The translations under genes and the position numbers were made by a program. This document shows positions 53,551-63,342 of a stretch of DNA of 64,000 nt, piece by piece. The notes under the pieces were generated by a model, which had not been told where the DNA came from, did no database searches, and worked only from the letters and a program-made list of their open reading frames with translations. Each line of letters starts with the position of its first letter. The first letter of the stretch is position 1. Source of the DNA: Eubacteriales bacterium (GTDB lineage: Bacteria > Bacillota > Clostridia > Oscillospirales > CAG-272); the NCBI GenBank assembly GCA_045649045.1, contig JAZRPF010000012.1, positions 1,742 to 65,741 of the forward strand. Direction: 5' to 3'.

Positions 53551-53625
53551 ACCGTCAGAGTCGGCATTCAAAGGGCAATGGACTCGCGTCCTGCCGGTCC
53601 CTTCAATATGCCGACTCTGCACTTT

Positions 53626-55278
53626 TTATTGTGATTCGGGTAAATTCTGCCCGATTTCCTGAATTTCTCTCTTGTCGTTCACCTTGGCAGAGAGCGAATC
53701 CCCGACCGCAAGGAAGGGCAAATTGTCGTCAAGCTTCACCGATGCCGTATAAATCAGTCCGTCATCAAGCTTGATATAGTAGACGGTATCGCCGTCAACC
53801 ACCGCTGTCGCAATCGCGGTCACAGTACCGACAACATCGACAAGCGTATCCTCATTGTCATCATCATCGTTCTCCGTGTCACCGACACCCAGCATCTGCA
53901 AGTATTTTTTGCGCGCCCCCTCGATAGTCTCATCGACACCGACAATATGATAGCGCGGCACAGACACAAATGCATACATCTTGACAAGCCCCGCATCACC
54001 CTTCAGGCTGATGAAATAGGTCGGCTCATCTGCCACATTGATCAGAATCGGGAAGGTCGCATCATAATCCTTTTCCTGCACCTGCTCCTCCGCCGAATCC
54101 ATCGCCGAATATTCCTCCGCACCGTTGATGGAATAGGTGCGCGCCTCCTTGGTTCTCATGTTGATGAGGATAAATCCGATGTTCGATTCATCCGCAACCA
54201 CCGAGGTAATGCCCGTATAAAGCCATACATCATCGTCAAGCGCAATATAGTTATAGCCCTCGGTCGTCACCACCACATTTTTCTGGGTAAAGATAGAATT
54301 GAAGAAGCCGTTTTTGAGCGTGCCCCAGTTGTCTGCCTGCTCAACAAGCATTTCGGCAGAATACACACGGTCAATCCATTGCGGAATTTTGTCAACAGGG
54401 TAATCGGTCATCTCGCCACTCACCGCATCGACAAGAATAATGCCCGCAATATCCTTGCCGCCGAAGATACCGAAGGTGTATTCATAGTAGGACATCACCC
54501 AGAAGGGATGCCCCTCGTCGTCAATCTCAAAGGAAAGATTCTCAAACATCTTGGTCGGATACTTGAAGCGGATATGACGGTAAAGGTCACGCGAAAAATA
54601 CTCGCTCGGCGAATACTTCATGCCCTCTTCAAGCTTAACAAGCTCGGTTTCCATTGTCGCCATGTCAATGGTGACATAGTAAGGAATGCCCTCGCCTTTG
54701 TTGGCAAACCATTTGAGAAGACCGTCGTATTCAAGCGGTGTCACGCGATAGGGCTTCTCTTTATAATTGATTTGCGAATAATATTCCGCCACATTGAACT
54801 GGGATACAAGCTCCACAACCTCACCGATTTTGCGGTTGCCGAGCCGTTCTGCTGTATCACGGTCAACAATCGGAATCTGCGAAATCGGCAGCTCGGCAAT
54901 ATCCTCGGCAAAATTCCCCTCGGCAACCGACAGCATACGCTGATAGTCAGAGGCGCGTGTCACACGCGAGGAGGTCGCAAAAACCAAAACGAGAAAAAGA
55001 GCAAGCACACCGAGTGCCGCAAAGAAAATGATTTTGCCTCTTCCCTGCAGCTTCACCTTTTTCAGGTGTCCGTCTTCAAGCACAAAGGGTGAGCCTGCCG
55101 CAGCCGCCAGACGACGAAAGCCGCCGAATACAAGATAGCAGGCAAAATACACAAGTGCCATCATGAACAGCATCACCCAGAAGCCGGGTGCACGCAGATT
55201 GATGGCGGGTATGGCAAAATAAAACCAAAGCGCGCCAAATGCAAGTGTAATCACCGGAGATAATATGTGTTTTTTCAT
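53626..55278 (-). CDS. Conserved-looking membrane protein of unknown function (3-4 N-terminal TM helices plus a large extracytoplasmic domain)
   Basis: An AAAGGA RBS precedes ATG 55278. The TM helices lie within the first ~130 aa. About 420 non-membrane residues follow, with no motif I recognise. Confidence 0.55.
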   Translation of the reverse strand: MKKHILSPVITLAFGALWFYFAIPAINLRAPGFWVMLFMMALVYFACYLVFGGFRRLAAAAGSPFVLEDGHLKKVKLQGRGKIIFFAALGVLALFLVLVFATSSRVTRASDYQRMLSVAEGNFAEDIAELPISQIPIVDRDTAERLGNRKIGEVVELVSQFNVAEYYSQINYKEKPYRVTPLEYDGLLKWFANKGEGIPYYVTIDMATMETELVKLEEGMKYSPSEYFSRDLYRHIRFKYPTKMFENLSFEIDDEGHPFWVMSYYEYTFGIFGGKDIAGIILVDAVSGEMTDYPVDKIPQWIDRVYSAEMLVEQADNWGTLKNGFFNSIFTQKNVVVTTEGYNYIALDDDVWLYTGITSVVADESNIGFILINMRTKEARTYSINGAEEYSAMDSAEEQVQEKDYDATFPILINVADEPTYFISLKGDAGLVKMYAFVSVPRYHIVGVDETIEGARKKYLQMLGVGDTENDDDDNEDTLVDVVGTVTAIATAVVDGDTVYYIKLDDGLIYTASVKLDDNLPFLAVGDSLSAKVNDKREIQEIGQNLPESQ

Positions 55279-55424
55279 AAATGACCGTTCCTTTCTGCCA
55301 AACCGCAAGCTTTGCGGCGGTTTCGCGTGCCGAAATGACGATAGATGACCGTCAGGACACAAATTTGCCGCCTGAAAATTGATTTTCAGGCAAGACCTCT
55401 TTCGTTAAAAACGACTGTTTCTTC

Positions 55425-56603
55425 TTAAAAAACCTTTCCCGCATCCGACCGATTGCCGTTTCTTTGAAACGGTGCCTGTGAAGAACGCTGATTCTTGAAA
55501 AACTGATAATAATAGCAAGGAATCATGCCGTTATAGAGCTTACGCACCTTGTCGGCACGCCGCCCATACAGTCGCTCAAAGCCCTCATGCGAGGAAATGA
55601 TATAAATCTGCCAGGGCGCAAGCGTCGCAAAGTGCCGCCCTATCTCACGATAAAGCTTTTCCACCTCTTGCTTTTCAAGCATACGCTCCCCGTAAGGAGG
55701 ATTGGTCACAATCGTACCCCGCCGTCCTTCTGCGCGAATGGTACGCGCATCAGCCTGAAAGGCACGAACAGTTGAAAGAACCCCTGCACGCTCGGCATTG
55801 CGCGCGGTGAGCGCCACGCATTCAGGCTCAATATCCGATGCAAAAACGGTAAAGTCTGACTGAATCCGCCCCTCTCGCGCCTCCTCCCGCGCCGAGCACC
55901 AGAGAGAAAGCGGAATCTGCGGATAATTTTCGGCGGCAAAGTGCCGAAACGCACCGGGCGCTACCTTGTTATAGAGCATTGCCGCCTCAATCGCAATCGT
56001 GCCGGAGCCGCAGAAGGGGTCCCAGAAAAGCACCTCCCCGCGCGGTCTTGCCATGGTCGCAAGTGCCGCTGCAAGCGTCTCACGGATGGGCGCGGTATTG
56101 GACTCGGGACGGTATCCACGCTTATGAAGCGGTGCGCCCGAGGTATCAATCATGAGTGCCGCTTGGTCGCGGAAGATGAAAAATTCAATCTGATACTGTC
56201 TCTCGCTTTCGGGAAACCATGTCAGCCCGTACTTTTCGGAGAGGCGCGCGACAATCGCACGCTTGACTATCTTCTGGCAGTCAGGCACCGAAAAGAGTGC
56301 ACTCTTGATGGCGTGCCCCTTGACGGGAAAAGCATCGTCCCGTGCAAGCCACGCTTCAAACGGCAGTGCGCGGGTGTTTTCAAAAAGCTCGTCAAATGTG
56401 CGGGCAGGAAACCGCCCCAGCACAATATACACACGCTCGGCATAGCGAAGAAAGATGTTGGAGAGCGCGACCGCCTCCTCGTCCCCCTCATAATACACGC
56501 GGCCGTCAATGGTTTCAATGCGATTGTAGCCCAGTGCATCAATTTCCTCGCCAAGCAAATGCTCAAGACCGAACAGGCAGGTCGCCGCAAGCACTAATTT
56601 CAT
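55425..56603 (-). CDS. THUMP-domain class I SAM-dependent RNA methyltransferase (RlmL/YpsC-like)
   Basis: The N-terminal THUMP-like region is followed by DPFCGSGTI and the NPPYGERM catalytic motif. Confidence 0.85.
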   Translation of the reverse strand: MKLVLAATCLFGLEHLLGEEIDALGYNRIETIDGRVYYEGDEEAVALSNIFLRYAERVYIVLGRFPARTFDELFENTRALPFEAWLARDDAFPVKGHAIKSALFSVPDCQKIVKRAIVARLSEKYGLTWFPESERQYQIEFFIFRDQAALMIDTSGAPLHKRGYRPESNTAPIRETLAAALATMARPRGEVLFWDPFCGSGTIAIEAAMLYNKVAPGAFRHFAAENYPQIPLSLWCSAREEAREGRIQSDFTVFASDIEPECVALTARNAERAGVLSTVRAFQADARTIRAEGRRGTIVTNPPYGERMLEKQEVEKLYREIGRHFATLAPWQIYIISSHEGFERLYGRRADKVRKLYNGMIPCYYYQFFKNQRSSQAPFQRNGNRSDAGKVF

Positions 56604-56615
56604 GTTGATACCCGA

Positions 56616-58010
56616 TTAAAATTCCGCATTGCCGACAGTGCGGGGATAAGGAATGACATCGCGGATGTTGGATACACCCGTCAGATACATGATAATGCGC
56701 TCAAAGCCCAGTCCAAAGCCTGCGTGCTTTGTACCGCCGAAGCGGCGAAGGTCAAGATACCAGCTATAGCTTTCCTGCTTCAAGCCAAGCTCTTCCATGC
56801 GCGCGACAAGCACATCATAACGCTCCTCGCGCTGACTGCCGCCGATAATCTCGCCGACACCGGGTACCAGAAGGTCCATCGCGGCAACCGTCTTGCCGTC
56901 GTCATTCAAGCGCATATAGAAGGATTTGATTTCCTTCGGATAGTCGGTCACAAAGACAGGCTTGCCGAAAATTGTCTCGGTGAGATAGCGCTCATGCTCG
57001 GTCTGTAAATCACAGCCCCAATAGATAGGGAACTTGAAGTCCGCACCGCTCTTTTCAAGTAGCTCAACCGCCTCGGTGTAGGTGACACGGCAGTAGTCGG
57101 AGCTGCGGAGCTTTTCAAGGCGTTCAATAAGACCGTTATCCACAAACTTATTGAGAAATTCAATTTCATCATGGCACACGGTCATGACATGGTTGACAAT
57201 AAAGCGAAGCATATCCCATGCAAGCTCCATATCATCCACTAAATCGGCAAACGCGATTTCAGGCTCAATCATCCAGAATTCCGCCGCATGACGCGCGGTG
57301 TTGGAGTTTTCGGCACGGAAGGTCGGGCCGAAGGTGTAAATGTTGCCAAACGCCATCGCATAGGTTTCGCCTTCAAGCTGTCCCGAAACCGTCAGGTTGA
57401 CGGGACGCCCGAAGAAGTCCTTGGAATTGTCCACACGGCCATCTTCAAGACGGGGCGGATTTTCAAGGTCAAGCGTCGTCACACGGAACATCTCGCCCGC
57501 ACCCTCACAGTCGGACGCGGTAATCAGAGGCGTATGCACATAGACAAAGCCGCGGTCATGGAAGAAGCTGTGAATTGCATAGGCAACCTCGCTTCTCATG
57601 CGAAAGACCGCCGAATACAGATTGGTACGGGGGCGAAGATGTGCAATCTGACGCAAAAATTCAGGCGAATGACGCTTCTTCTGCAAGGGGTAGTCAGGGG
57701 TAGAGGTTCCCTCCACCTCAACCGATGCCGCACGGATTTCAAGAGGCTGCTTTGCCTCGGGTGTCAGAATCACCGTACCGCGAACAATGACCGATGTGCC
57801 AACATTGAGAGAGGCAATCTCGTCATAGTTTGCAACCGTATCCCGTGCAAATACCACCTGCACCGAACGAAAGCCACTGCCGTCATACACATCAAGGAAG
57901 CCGAACATCTTGCTGTCACGCACCGAGCGAAGCCAGCCGCAAACCGTCACTTCCCTGTCGGCAAAGCTCTCCTTGCTTTCAAATAATTCATGAATCAGTT
58001 GTCTTTTCAT
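56616..58010 (-). CDS. asnS: Asparaginyl-tRNA synthetase
   Basis: The class II motifs are [25 protein letters not shown] and GFGLGFERI. The likely start is ATG 58010 ([10 protein letters not shown]). Confidence 0.93.
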   Translation of the reverse strand: MKRQLIHELFESKESFADREVTVCGWLRSVRDSKMFGFLDVYDGSGFRSVQVVFARDTVANYDEIASLNVGTSVIVRGTVILTPEAKQPLEIRAASVEVEGTSTPDYPLQKKRHSPEFLRQIAHLRPRTNLYSAVFRMRSEVAYAIHSFFHDRGFVYVHTPLITASDCEGAGEMFRVTTLDLENPPRLEDGRVDNSKDFFGRPVNLTVSGQLEGETYAMAFGNIYTFGPTFRAENSNTARHAAEFWMIEPEIAFADLVDDMELAWDMLRFIVNHVMTVCHDEIEFLNKFVDNGLIERLEKLRSSDYCRVTYTEAVELLEKSGADFKFPIYWGCDLQTEHERYLTETIFGKPVFVTDYPKEIKSFYMRLNDDGKTVAAMDLLVPGVGEIIGGSQREERYDVLVARMEELGLKQESYSWYLDLRRFGGTKHAGFGLGFERIIMYLTGVSNIRDVIPYPRTVGNAEF

Positions 58011-58096
58011 ATCTTTACCGTACCTTTCATCAAGCATCGCCTATGCCATGCTCACTTCATTGACTTTTATTTTAAGGATTGCCAATCAAATCAAAT

Positions 58097-59818
58097 TTAA
58101 GCCCCAAACCCTGCCGCGCGGCAAAGTGCGGCATAATGACCGTTTGCCAGAAGCAGCTCCTCATGCGTTCCGCGCTCGCGAATGCCACTCTCATCAATAA
58201 AGAGAATTTCATCTGCACGGCGGACAGTTGACAGCCTGTGCGCCACCACAATCACGGTTCTGCCATGACTCAATTCATCAAGACTTTTCTGCACAAGCTG
58301 CTCGGTCACATTGTCAAGCGCACTCGTCGCCTCGTCAAGTATCAGAACAGACGGATTTTTCAGAAACGCCCGTGCGATAGACACACGCTGCTTCTGTCCG
58401 CCCGACAGCTTCACGCCCCGCTCTCCGACCACCGTATCGTAGCCGTTCGGCATCGCCATGATGTCCTCGTGGATATTGGCGCGCTTCGCCGCCTCCTCAA
58501 CCGACGCTCTGTCGGCATTCGGCTCACCGTACGCAATGTTCTCATAAACCGTCGCATTAAAGAGAAATACATCCTGCGACACAATACCAATATGGGCGCG
58601 GAGCGAGGAAAGCCGTATATCGCGGATATCATGTCCGTCAAGCGTGATACGCCCCTCTCCCTCCTGCAATTCATAAAAGCGCGGAATCAGGTGACAGACC
58701 GTTGTCTTTCCGCCGCCGGACGAGCCGACAAGCGCAAGCGTCTTGCCTGCTTTCAAGGTGAAATCAATACCGTGCAAAACCTCTTTTCCCTCATCATAGG
58801 CAAAAGAAACCTGCGAGAAGCAAACCTCGCCCTGCACCTTGTCAAGTGTCACAGCATCGGGCTTATCATGTTCAGGCGCCTCGTCCATAATCTCGGCAAA
58901 GCGCGCAAAGCCCGTCATGCCGTTCTGATACTGCTCAACAAAGCCGATAATCTTGCGAATGGGCTGTAAAAACACATTGATATACAGAATAAATGCGGCA
59001 AAATCACCTGCATCCATTGAACGAAAAATCACGCACAGACCGCCGCCCGCAAACACAACCAGATTGAGAATGTCGGTGAGCAGTCCCATACCCGCCGTAA
59101 ATTCGCCCATCGTGCGATATGAGGCGCGCCGCGCACGCACGAATCGGCTGTTGGCAATCGCAAACTTTTCCCTTTCAAGCCCGTCTGCCGTGTATGCCTT
59201 GCTGACACGGATTCCCGCAATGCTGTTTTCGAGTCCTGCATTGATTTCAGCCGTCTCCTCACGCGATTTCATAAATGCCTGCCGCATCTTGCGTCGCTCA
59301 TGAATCATGAAAATCACCATCGGCGGCAAAACCGCAAAGACAAGAAGCGTCAGAAGAAGGTCAATCCGCACCATCATCGTAAAAGAGCCGATAAACAGAA
59401 TCGCCGAGATAAACAGGTCCTCAGGCCCGTGGTGCGCCAGCTCCGATACATCAAACAGGTCATTTGTCAGGCGGGACATCAAAGCACCTGTCTTATGATT
59501 ATCATAAAAACGGCAGGGCAAGGCTTCAAGATGCGCGAAAAGGTCGCGACGCATATCCGCCTGCATCCGAACACCCACCATATGCCCCGTATAGCTGACA
59601 AAATAGTTCATCGCCATCTTCAATAAATAGATGGCAAGCAAAATAGCGGCGAAAACAAGAATCATCTGCCAGTCGCCGCGCGGTGTCAGCTCATTGATGA
59701 TACTGCGCGTAAACTGCGGATAGACAAGATCACAAAGGGCAAGTATCAGCGCCGCCCCCATATCCAGCAGAAAGAGCTTCATGTAAGGGCGATAATAAGC
59801 AATAAACCGACGAATCAC
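58097..59818 (-). CDS. ABC exporter, fused permease/ATPase (MsbA/type I exporter family)
   Basis: A six-TM N-terminal domain is followed by Walker [19 protein letters not shown] and ILDEATSALD. Confidence 0.9.
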   Translation of the reverse strand: MIRRFIAYYRPYMKLFLLDMGAALILALCDLVYPQFTRSIINELTPRGDWQMILVFAAILLAIYLLKMAMNYFVSYTGHMVGVRMQADMRRDLFAHLEALPCRFYDNHKTGALMSRLTNDLFDVSELAHHGPEDLFISAILFIGSFTMMVRIDLLLTLLVFAVLPPMVIFMIHERRKMRQAFMKSREETAEINAGLENSIAGIRVSKAYTADGLEREKFAIANSRFVRARRASYRTMGEFTAGMGLLTDILNLVVFAGGGLCVIFRSMDAGDFAAFILYINVFLQPIRKIIGFVEQYQNGMTGFARFAEIMDEAPEHDKPDAVTLDKVQGEVCFSQVSFAYDEGKEVLHGIDFTLKAGKTLALVGSSGGGKTTVCHLIPRFYELQEGEGRITLDGHDIRDIRLSSLRAHIGIVSQDVFLFNATVYENIAYGEPNADRASVEEAAKRANIHEDIMAMPNGYDTVVGERGVKLSGGQKQRVSIARAFLKNPSVLILDEATSALDNVTEQLVQKSLDELSHGRTVIVVAHRLSTVRRADEILFIDESGIRERGTHEELLLANGHYAALCRAAGFGA

Positions 59819-60420
59819 GACCTCGCCCCCTTTGCTCTCCGCGCCTTCTTTGAGGCCGAATGCTTCTTTACGGCTGAAAAACCGAATTTGGCAAGCTGAC
59901 GGCCAAGAGCATAGTAATGCCCATGCGCATAGGCAAGCAAGCCCGCGCGCTCCAGGTGCAGCGTGCCCTTTTCATCAAGCAGTCGCTCGTCCAGCGTCAC
60001 CGCCGTGATATCGGCAATGAACATATCATGCGAGCCAAGCGGCACGCGCTCACAGACGCGGCATTCAAGGGCAAGCGGGCATTCGGCAATGGTCGGCACC
60101 GATACGCTCTCGGAGGGCAGTGTGTGCAGTCCGCATCTTTCAATCTTATGCACCTTCCTGCCTGTATACATCCCACAGAAGTCAACCGTCCTTGCCATTT
60201 CTGCTCCGCAAAGATGAATGACGAACTCCCCGTTTTCAAGCAAAAGTCCGTGTGAATGACGCTCGGGGCGCACCGAAATATAGGTCTTGGGCGGTACCGT
60301 CGACAAAATACCCGTCCACGCCACCGTCAAGAGATTGGTCTGCTCACCCACACCGCAAGAAACAAGCGCAGGCGGCAAGGGTGCAAGAAGCGCACCGCCA
60401 CGCCATACAATCCGTCCCAT
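59815..60420 (-). CDS. Flavin reductase-like (FMN-binding split-barrel) protein
   Basis: The pattern ...NLLTVAWTGILSTVPPKTYISVRPERHSHGLL..GEFVIHL is typical of the flavin reductase domain. It overlaps the ABC exporter start by 4 nt. Confidence 0.8.
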   Translation of the reverse strand: MGRIVWRGGALLAPLPPALVSCGVGEQTNLLTVAWTGILSTVPPKTYISVRPERHSHGLLLENGEFVIHLCGAEMARTVDFCGMYTGRKVHKIERCGLHTLPSESVSVPTIAECPLALECRVCERVPLGSHDMFIADITAVTLDERLLDEKGTLHLERAGLLAYAHGHYYALGRQLAKFGFSAVKKHSASKKARRAKGARS

Positions 60421-60461
60421 TCTTCACCTCATTGCCACACACATGGCAAACACATTTTGCT

Positions 60462-62372
60462 TCATCGGTTATCCTTCGCAGAGGAGCTGTCCTTCTGCTT
60501 CAGATAGAGAAGAAGCACCGTAATATCGGCAGGATTCACACCGCTCATGCGGGATGCCTGCCCTACCGTCAGGGGCTTGGCTCGGTCGAGCTTTTCAGCC
60601 GCCTCCAAGCGCAGTCCCTTGATTTTTTTATAGTCAAGGTCAGGCGGTAACGCCTTTCCCTCTGTCTCTTCCCTTCTCGCAACCTCGGCAAGTTGACGGC
60701 GGATATAGCCCTCATACTTGACTTCAAGCTCGGCTGTCAGAGAAACATCGCGCGGAAGATTAGGCCGCGCCTTGTCAATCGTACGCAGATTCTCGTAGGT
60801 CAGCTCGGGACGGCGCAAAAGCTCGGATAGCTTAATGCCCGTCAGAAGCGGTGCCGAGCCAAGCGAGACAAGATGCGCGCAGTTTTCGGCTGACGGCGGA
60901 ATGACCGTCTGCTTCAACCGCTTGATTTCCTCTTCAATCTGTGCCTTGCGGCGAAGAAATGTCGCATAACGCCCGTCTGACAATAGCCCCACCCGATGCC
61001 CCTCCTCCGAGAGTCGCAGGTCGGCATTGTCCTGTCTTAAAAGCAATCTGTATTCCGAGCGCGAGGTCATAATGCGATACGGCTCGCGCGTCCCCTTTGT
61101 CACAAGGTCGTCAATCATCGTCCCGATATAAGAGGATGCGCGCGTCAGAACGAGCGGCTTCTCACCGCGAAGCGAAAGCACGGCATTCACGCCTGCCACA
61201 AGCCCCTGCGCCGCCGCCTCCTCGTAGCCCGAGGTGCCGTTGCACTGTCCCGCACCGTAAAGACCGCCAATCGACACAAATTCCAGTGTCGGACGAAGCT
61301 GTGTCGGATTCACACAGTCATATTCAATCGCATAAGCATAGCGCATGATCTCGGCATTCTGAAAGCCGGGCAGAGAGCGCAGCATCCTCCGTTGCACATC
61401 AGGCGGCATCGAGGTGCTGAATCCCTGCACATAAAGCTCATCGGTATCAGCGCCTGTCGGCTCAACAAAAAGCTGATGCCGTTCCTTGTCGGCAAAGCGC
61501 ACCACCTTGTCCTCAATGGACGGACAGTAGCGTGGCCCTGTTCCCGTAATTTTACCGCCGTAAAGTGCGCTTCTATGCAAATTTTCACGAATAATCTCAT
61601 GTGTTTCGGGTGATGTATAAATCATGTAGCAGGGCATATTCAGCTTCGGCACCGTCGCCCTGTCCGTCTCGGTCGAAAAGGGAATCGGCATCTCTTCCCC
61701 GTCCTGCCTCTCCATCACCGAAAGGTCAAGCGAGGCACGCGCCACACGCGCAGGTGTTCCCGTCTTGAAGCGCATCAGCTCAATGCCTGCCTCGGCAAGC
61801 GATTCAAAAAGCCCCCTTGAAGCACGCATCCCGTCAGGACCGCCCTCATAGGAAACATCACCGACAAAAATCTGACCGCCGGGATAGGTTCCCGTCGCCA
61901 GAATGACACACCGCGCGGCAAATTCCTCGCCAAGATGCGTCCGAACACCCGAAACAACCTGACGGTCTCCCTCTCGCTTGAAGAGAACAGCCGTGACCTC
62001 GGCTTGAATCAAACGCAGATTTTCCGTTTCTTCAACGGTCTTTTTCATGAGCGCACGGTACGCCATGCGGTCGGCTTGCACGCGCTTGGAATGAACAGCC
62101 GCGCCCTTTCCGAGATTGAGCGTGCGTGACTGAAGCGTCACGCGGTCGGCGGCCTTGCCCATCTCACCGCCAAGCGCATCAATTTCATAGACAAGATGCC
62201 CCTTGCCACTGCCGCCAATCGACGGATTGCAGGGCATATTGGCAAGCGCATCAAGGCTCATTGTGAAAAGCACGGTGTCAGCACCCATGCGCGCAGAGGC
62301 AAGTGCCGCTTCAATCCCCGCATGACCTGCACCAATGACAATGATATCGGCTTTCAGTTGGTTTTCTTTCAT
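60462..62372 (-). CDS. mnmG: tRNA uridine 5-carboxymethylaminomethyl modification enzyme
   Basis: It has the FAD motif DIIVIGAGHAGIEAALA and GidA-type conserved blocks throughout. The likely start is ATG 62372 (MKENQLKADIIV). Confidence 0.93.
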   Translation of the reverse strand: MKENQLKADIIVIGAGHAGIEAALASARMGADTVLFTMSLDALANMPCNPSIGGSGKGHLVYEIDALGGEMGKAADRVTLQSRTLNLGKGAAVHSKRVQADRMAYRALMKKTVEETENLRLIQAEVTAVLFKREGDRQVVSGVRTHLGEEFAARCVILATGTYPGGQIFVGDVSYEGGPDGMRASRGLFESLAEAGIELMRFKTGTPARVARASLDLSVMERQDGEEMPIPFSTETDRATVPKLNMPCYMIYTSPETHEIIRENLHRSALYGGKITGTGPRYCPSIEDKVVRFADKERHQLFVEPTGADTDELYVQGFSTSMPPDVQRRMLRSLPGFQNAEIMRYAYAIEYDCVNPTQLRPTLEFVSIGGLYGAGQCNGTSGYEEAAAQGLVAGVNAVLSLRGEKPLVLTRASSYIGTMIDDLVTKGTREPYRIMTSRSEYRLLLRQDNADLRLSEEGHRVGLLSDGRYATFLRRKAQIEEEIKRLKQTVIPPSAENCAHLVSLGSAPLLTGIKLSELLRRPELTYENLRTIDKARPNLPRDVSLTAELEVKYEGYIRRQLAEVARREETEGKALPPDLDYKKIKGLRLEAAEKLDRAKPLTVGQASRMSGVNPADITVLLLYLKQKDSSSAKDNR

Positions 62373-62646
62373 ATTTTCAACGGTTTTTTGGAAAACAAGA
62401 GTCTTTATTGCACAATTGCATATACTGTAAGCAGTATCTTCTTTGACGCATCTGCTGTCGCTCATAGCCGTCAGCCTGCCTGCCGTCAGACGCTTTTTTC
62501 CATCTTCCTCAAATTTAATCTACTATATCACTTTATTTTATCACAATTAAGTGCAGATTGCAAGCCTTTTTCCACCCTCTCACCAATTATTTTTCGCAGA
62601 TGCCGCCAAAACAATGCGTCGGCACAGCGAAGGAAGCGAGGTTTCT

Positions 62647-63324
62647 ATGCCAATTCCAAAAAACCAAGAGCTATTCGACCTCACCCATACGCAATTTACT
62701 CCCCTCCTCGCAGAAAAAAGCTATCCATGGGAGGCGCTTCCGCACATTTCGTCCTTTCTTGTCGCTCTTTTCGATGCCCTGCCAAATACGCTTTATGAAA
62801 AGGTGGGCGACGGCATCTATATTGCCAAAAGCGCGCGTGTTGCCAAAACCGCCCTGGTTGAAGGCCCGACCGTCATTGGTGAAAATGCCGAAATTCGCCA
62901 CGGGGCATATATCCGTGGCTCTGCGCTTATCGGTGCGGACGCGGTGGTCGGCAATTCAAGCGAAATTAAAAACGCCGTCCTCTTTGACGGCGTGCAGGTC
63001 CCCCACTATAATTATGTCGGCGATTCCATACTCGGCTACCGCGCGCATATGGGTGCAGGCGCAATTGCATCCAATATGCGCGCCGACCGTCAGAATGTTG
63101 TCATCCGCGCCGATGATGAAACGCACGAAACAGGCTTGCGGAAGGTCGGCGCGTTTCTCGGTGACTATGCTGAAATCGGTTGCGGTGCCGTTCTCTGCCC
63201 CGGTACTGTTGTCGGACGGCAAAGCACCGTTTATCCCCTCGTGCGTGTTCGTGGCTATGTGCCCGAAAACGCCATCTGCAAAAGCGAAAATCAAATCGTC
63301 ATCAAAGCAAACAAAAAACCATAA
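62647..63324 (+). CDS. Left-handed beta-helix (hexapeptide-repeat) protein, GlmU C-terminal-domain-like
   Basis: It has repeated [LIV]G-x4 hexapeptides (IGENAEIRHGAYIRGSALIGADAVVGNSSEIKNAVL...). There is no nucleotidyltransferase domain. The likely start is ATG 62647. Confidence 0.65.
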   Translation: MPIPKNQELFDLTHTQFTPLLAEKSYPWEALPHISSFLVALFDALPNTLYEKVGDGIYIAKSARVAKTALVEGPTVIGENAEIRHGAYIRGSALIGADAVVGNSSEIKNAVLFDGVQVPHYNYVGDSILGYRAHMGAGAIASNMRADRQNVVIRADDETHETGLRKVGAFLGDYAEIGCGAVLCPGTVVGRQSTVYPLVRVRGYVPENAICKSENQIVIKANKKP

Positions 63325-63342
63325 AAGAAAAGAGGAATGATT

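Noticed and set aside
53947-55092. A 381-aa plus-strand ORF opposite the membrane-protein gene
   Set aside because: Its composition is Arg/His/Ile-rich junk. The minus-strand frame has an RBS, TM helices and operon context.
60462-62465. mnmG (gidA) as a marker of the replication origin region
   Set aside because: There is no mnmE, rsmG, parAB, dnaA or DnaA-box cluster next to it in this window. I therefore make no origin call.
62558-63340. A 260-aa alternative plus-strand frame overlapping the hexapeptide-repeat gene
   Set aside because: The other frame shows regular hexapeptide repeats and an RBS. This frame is Arg/Ser/Pro-rich with no motif.
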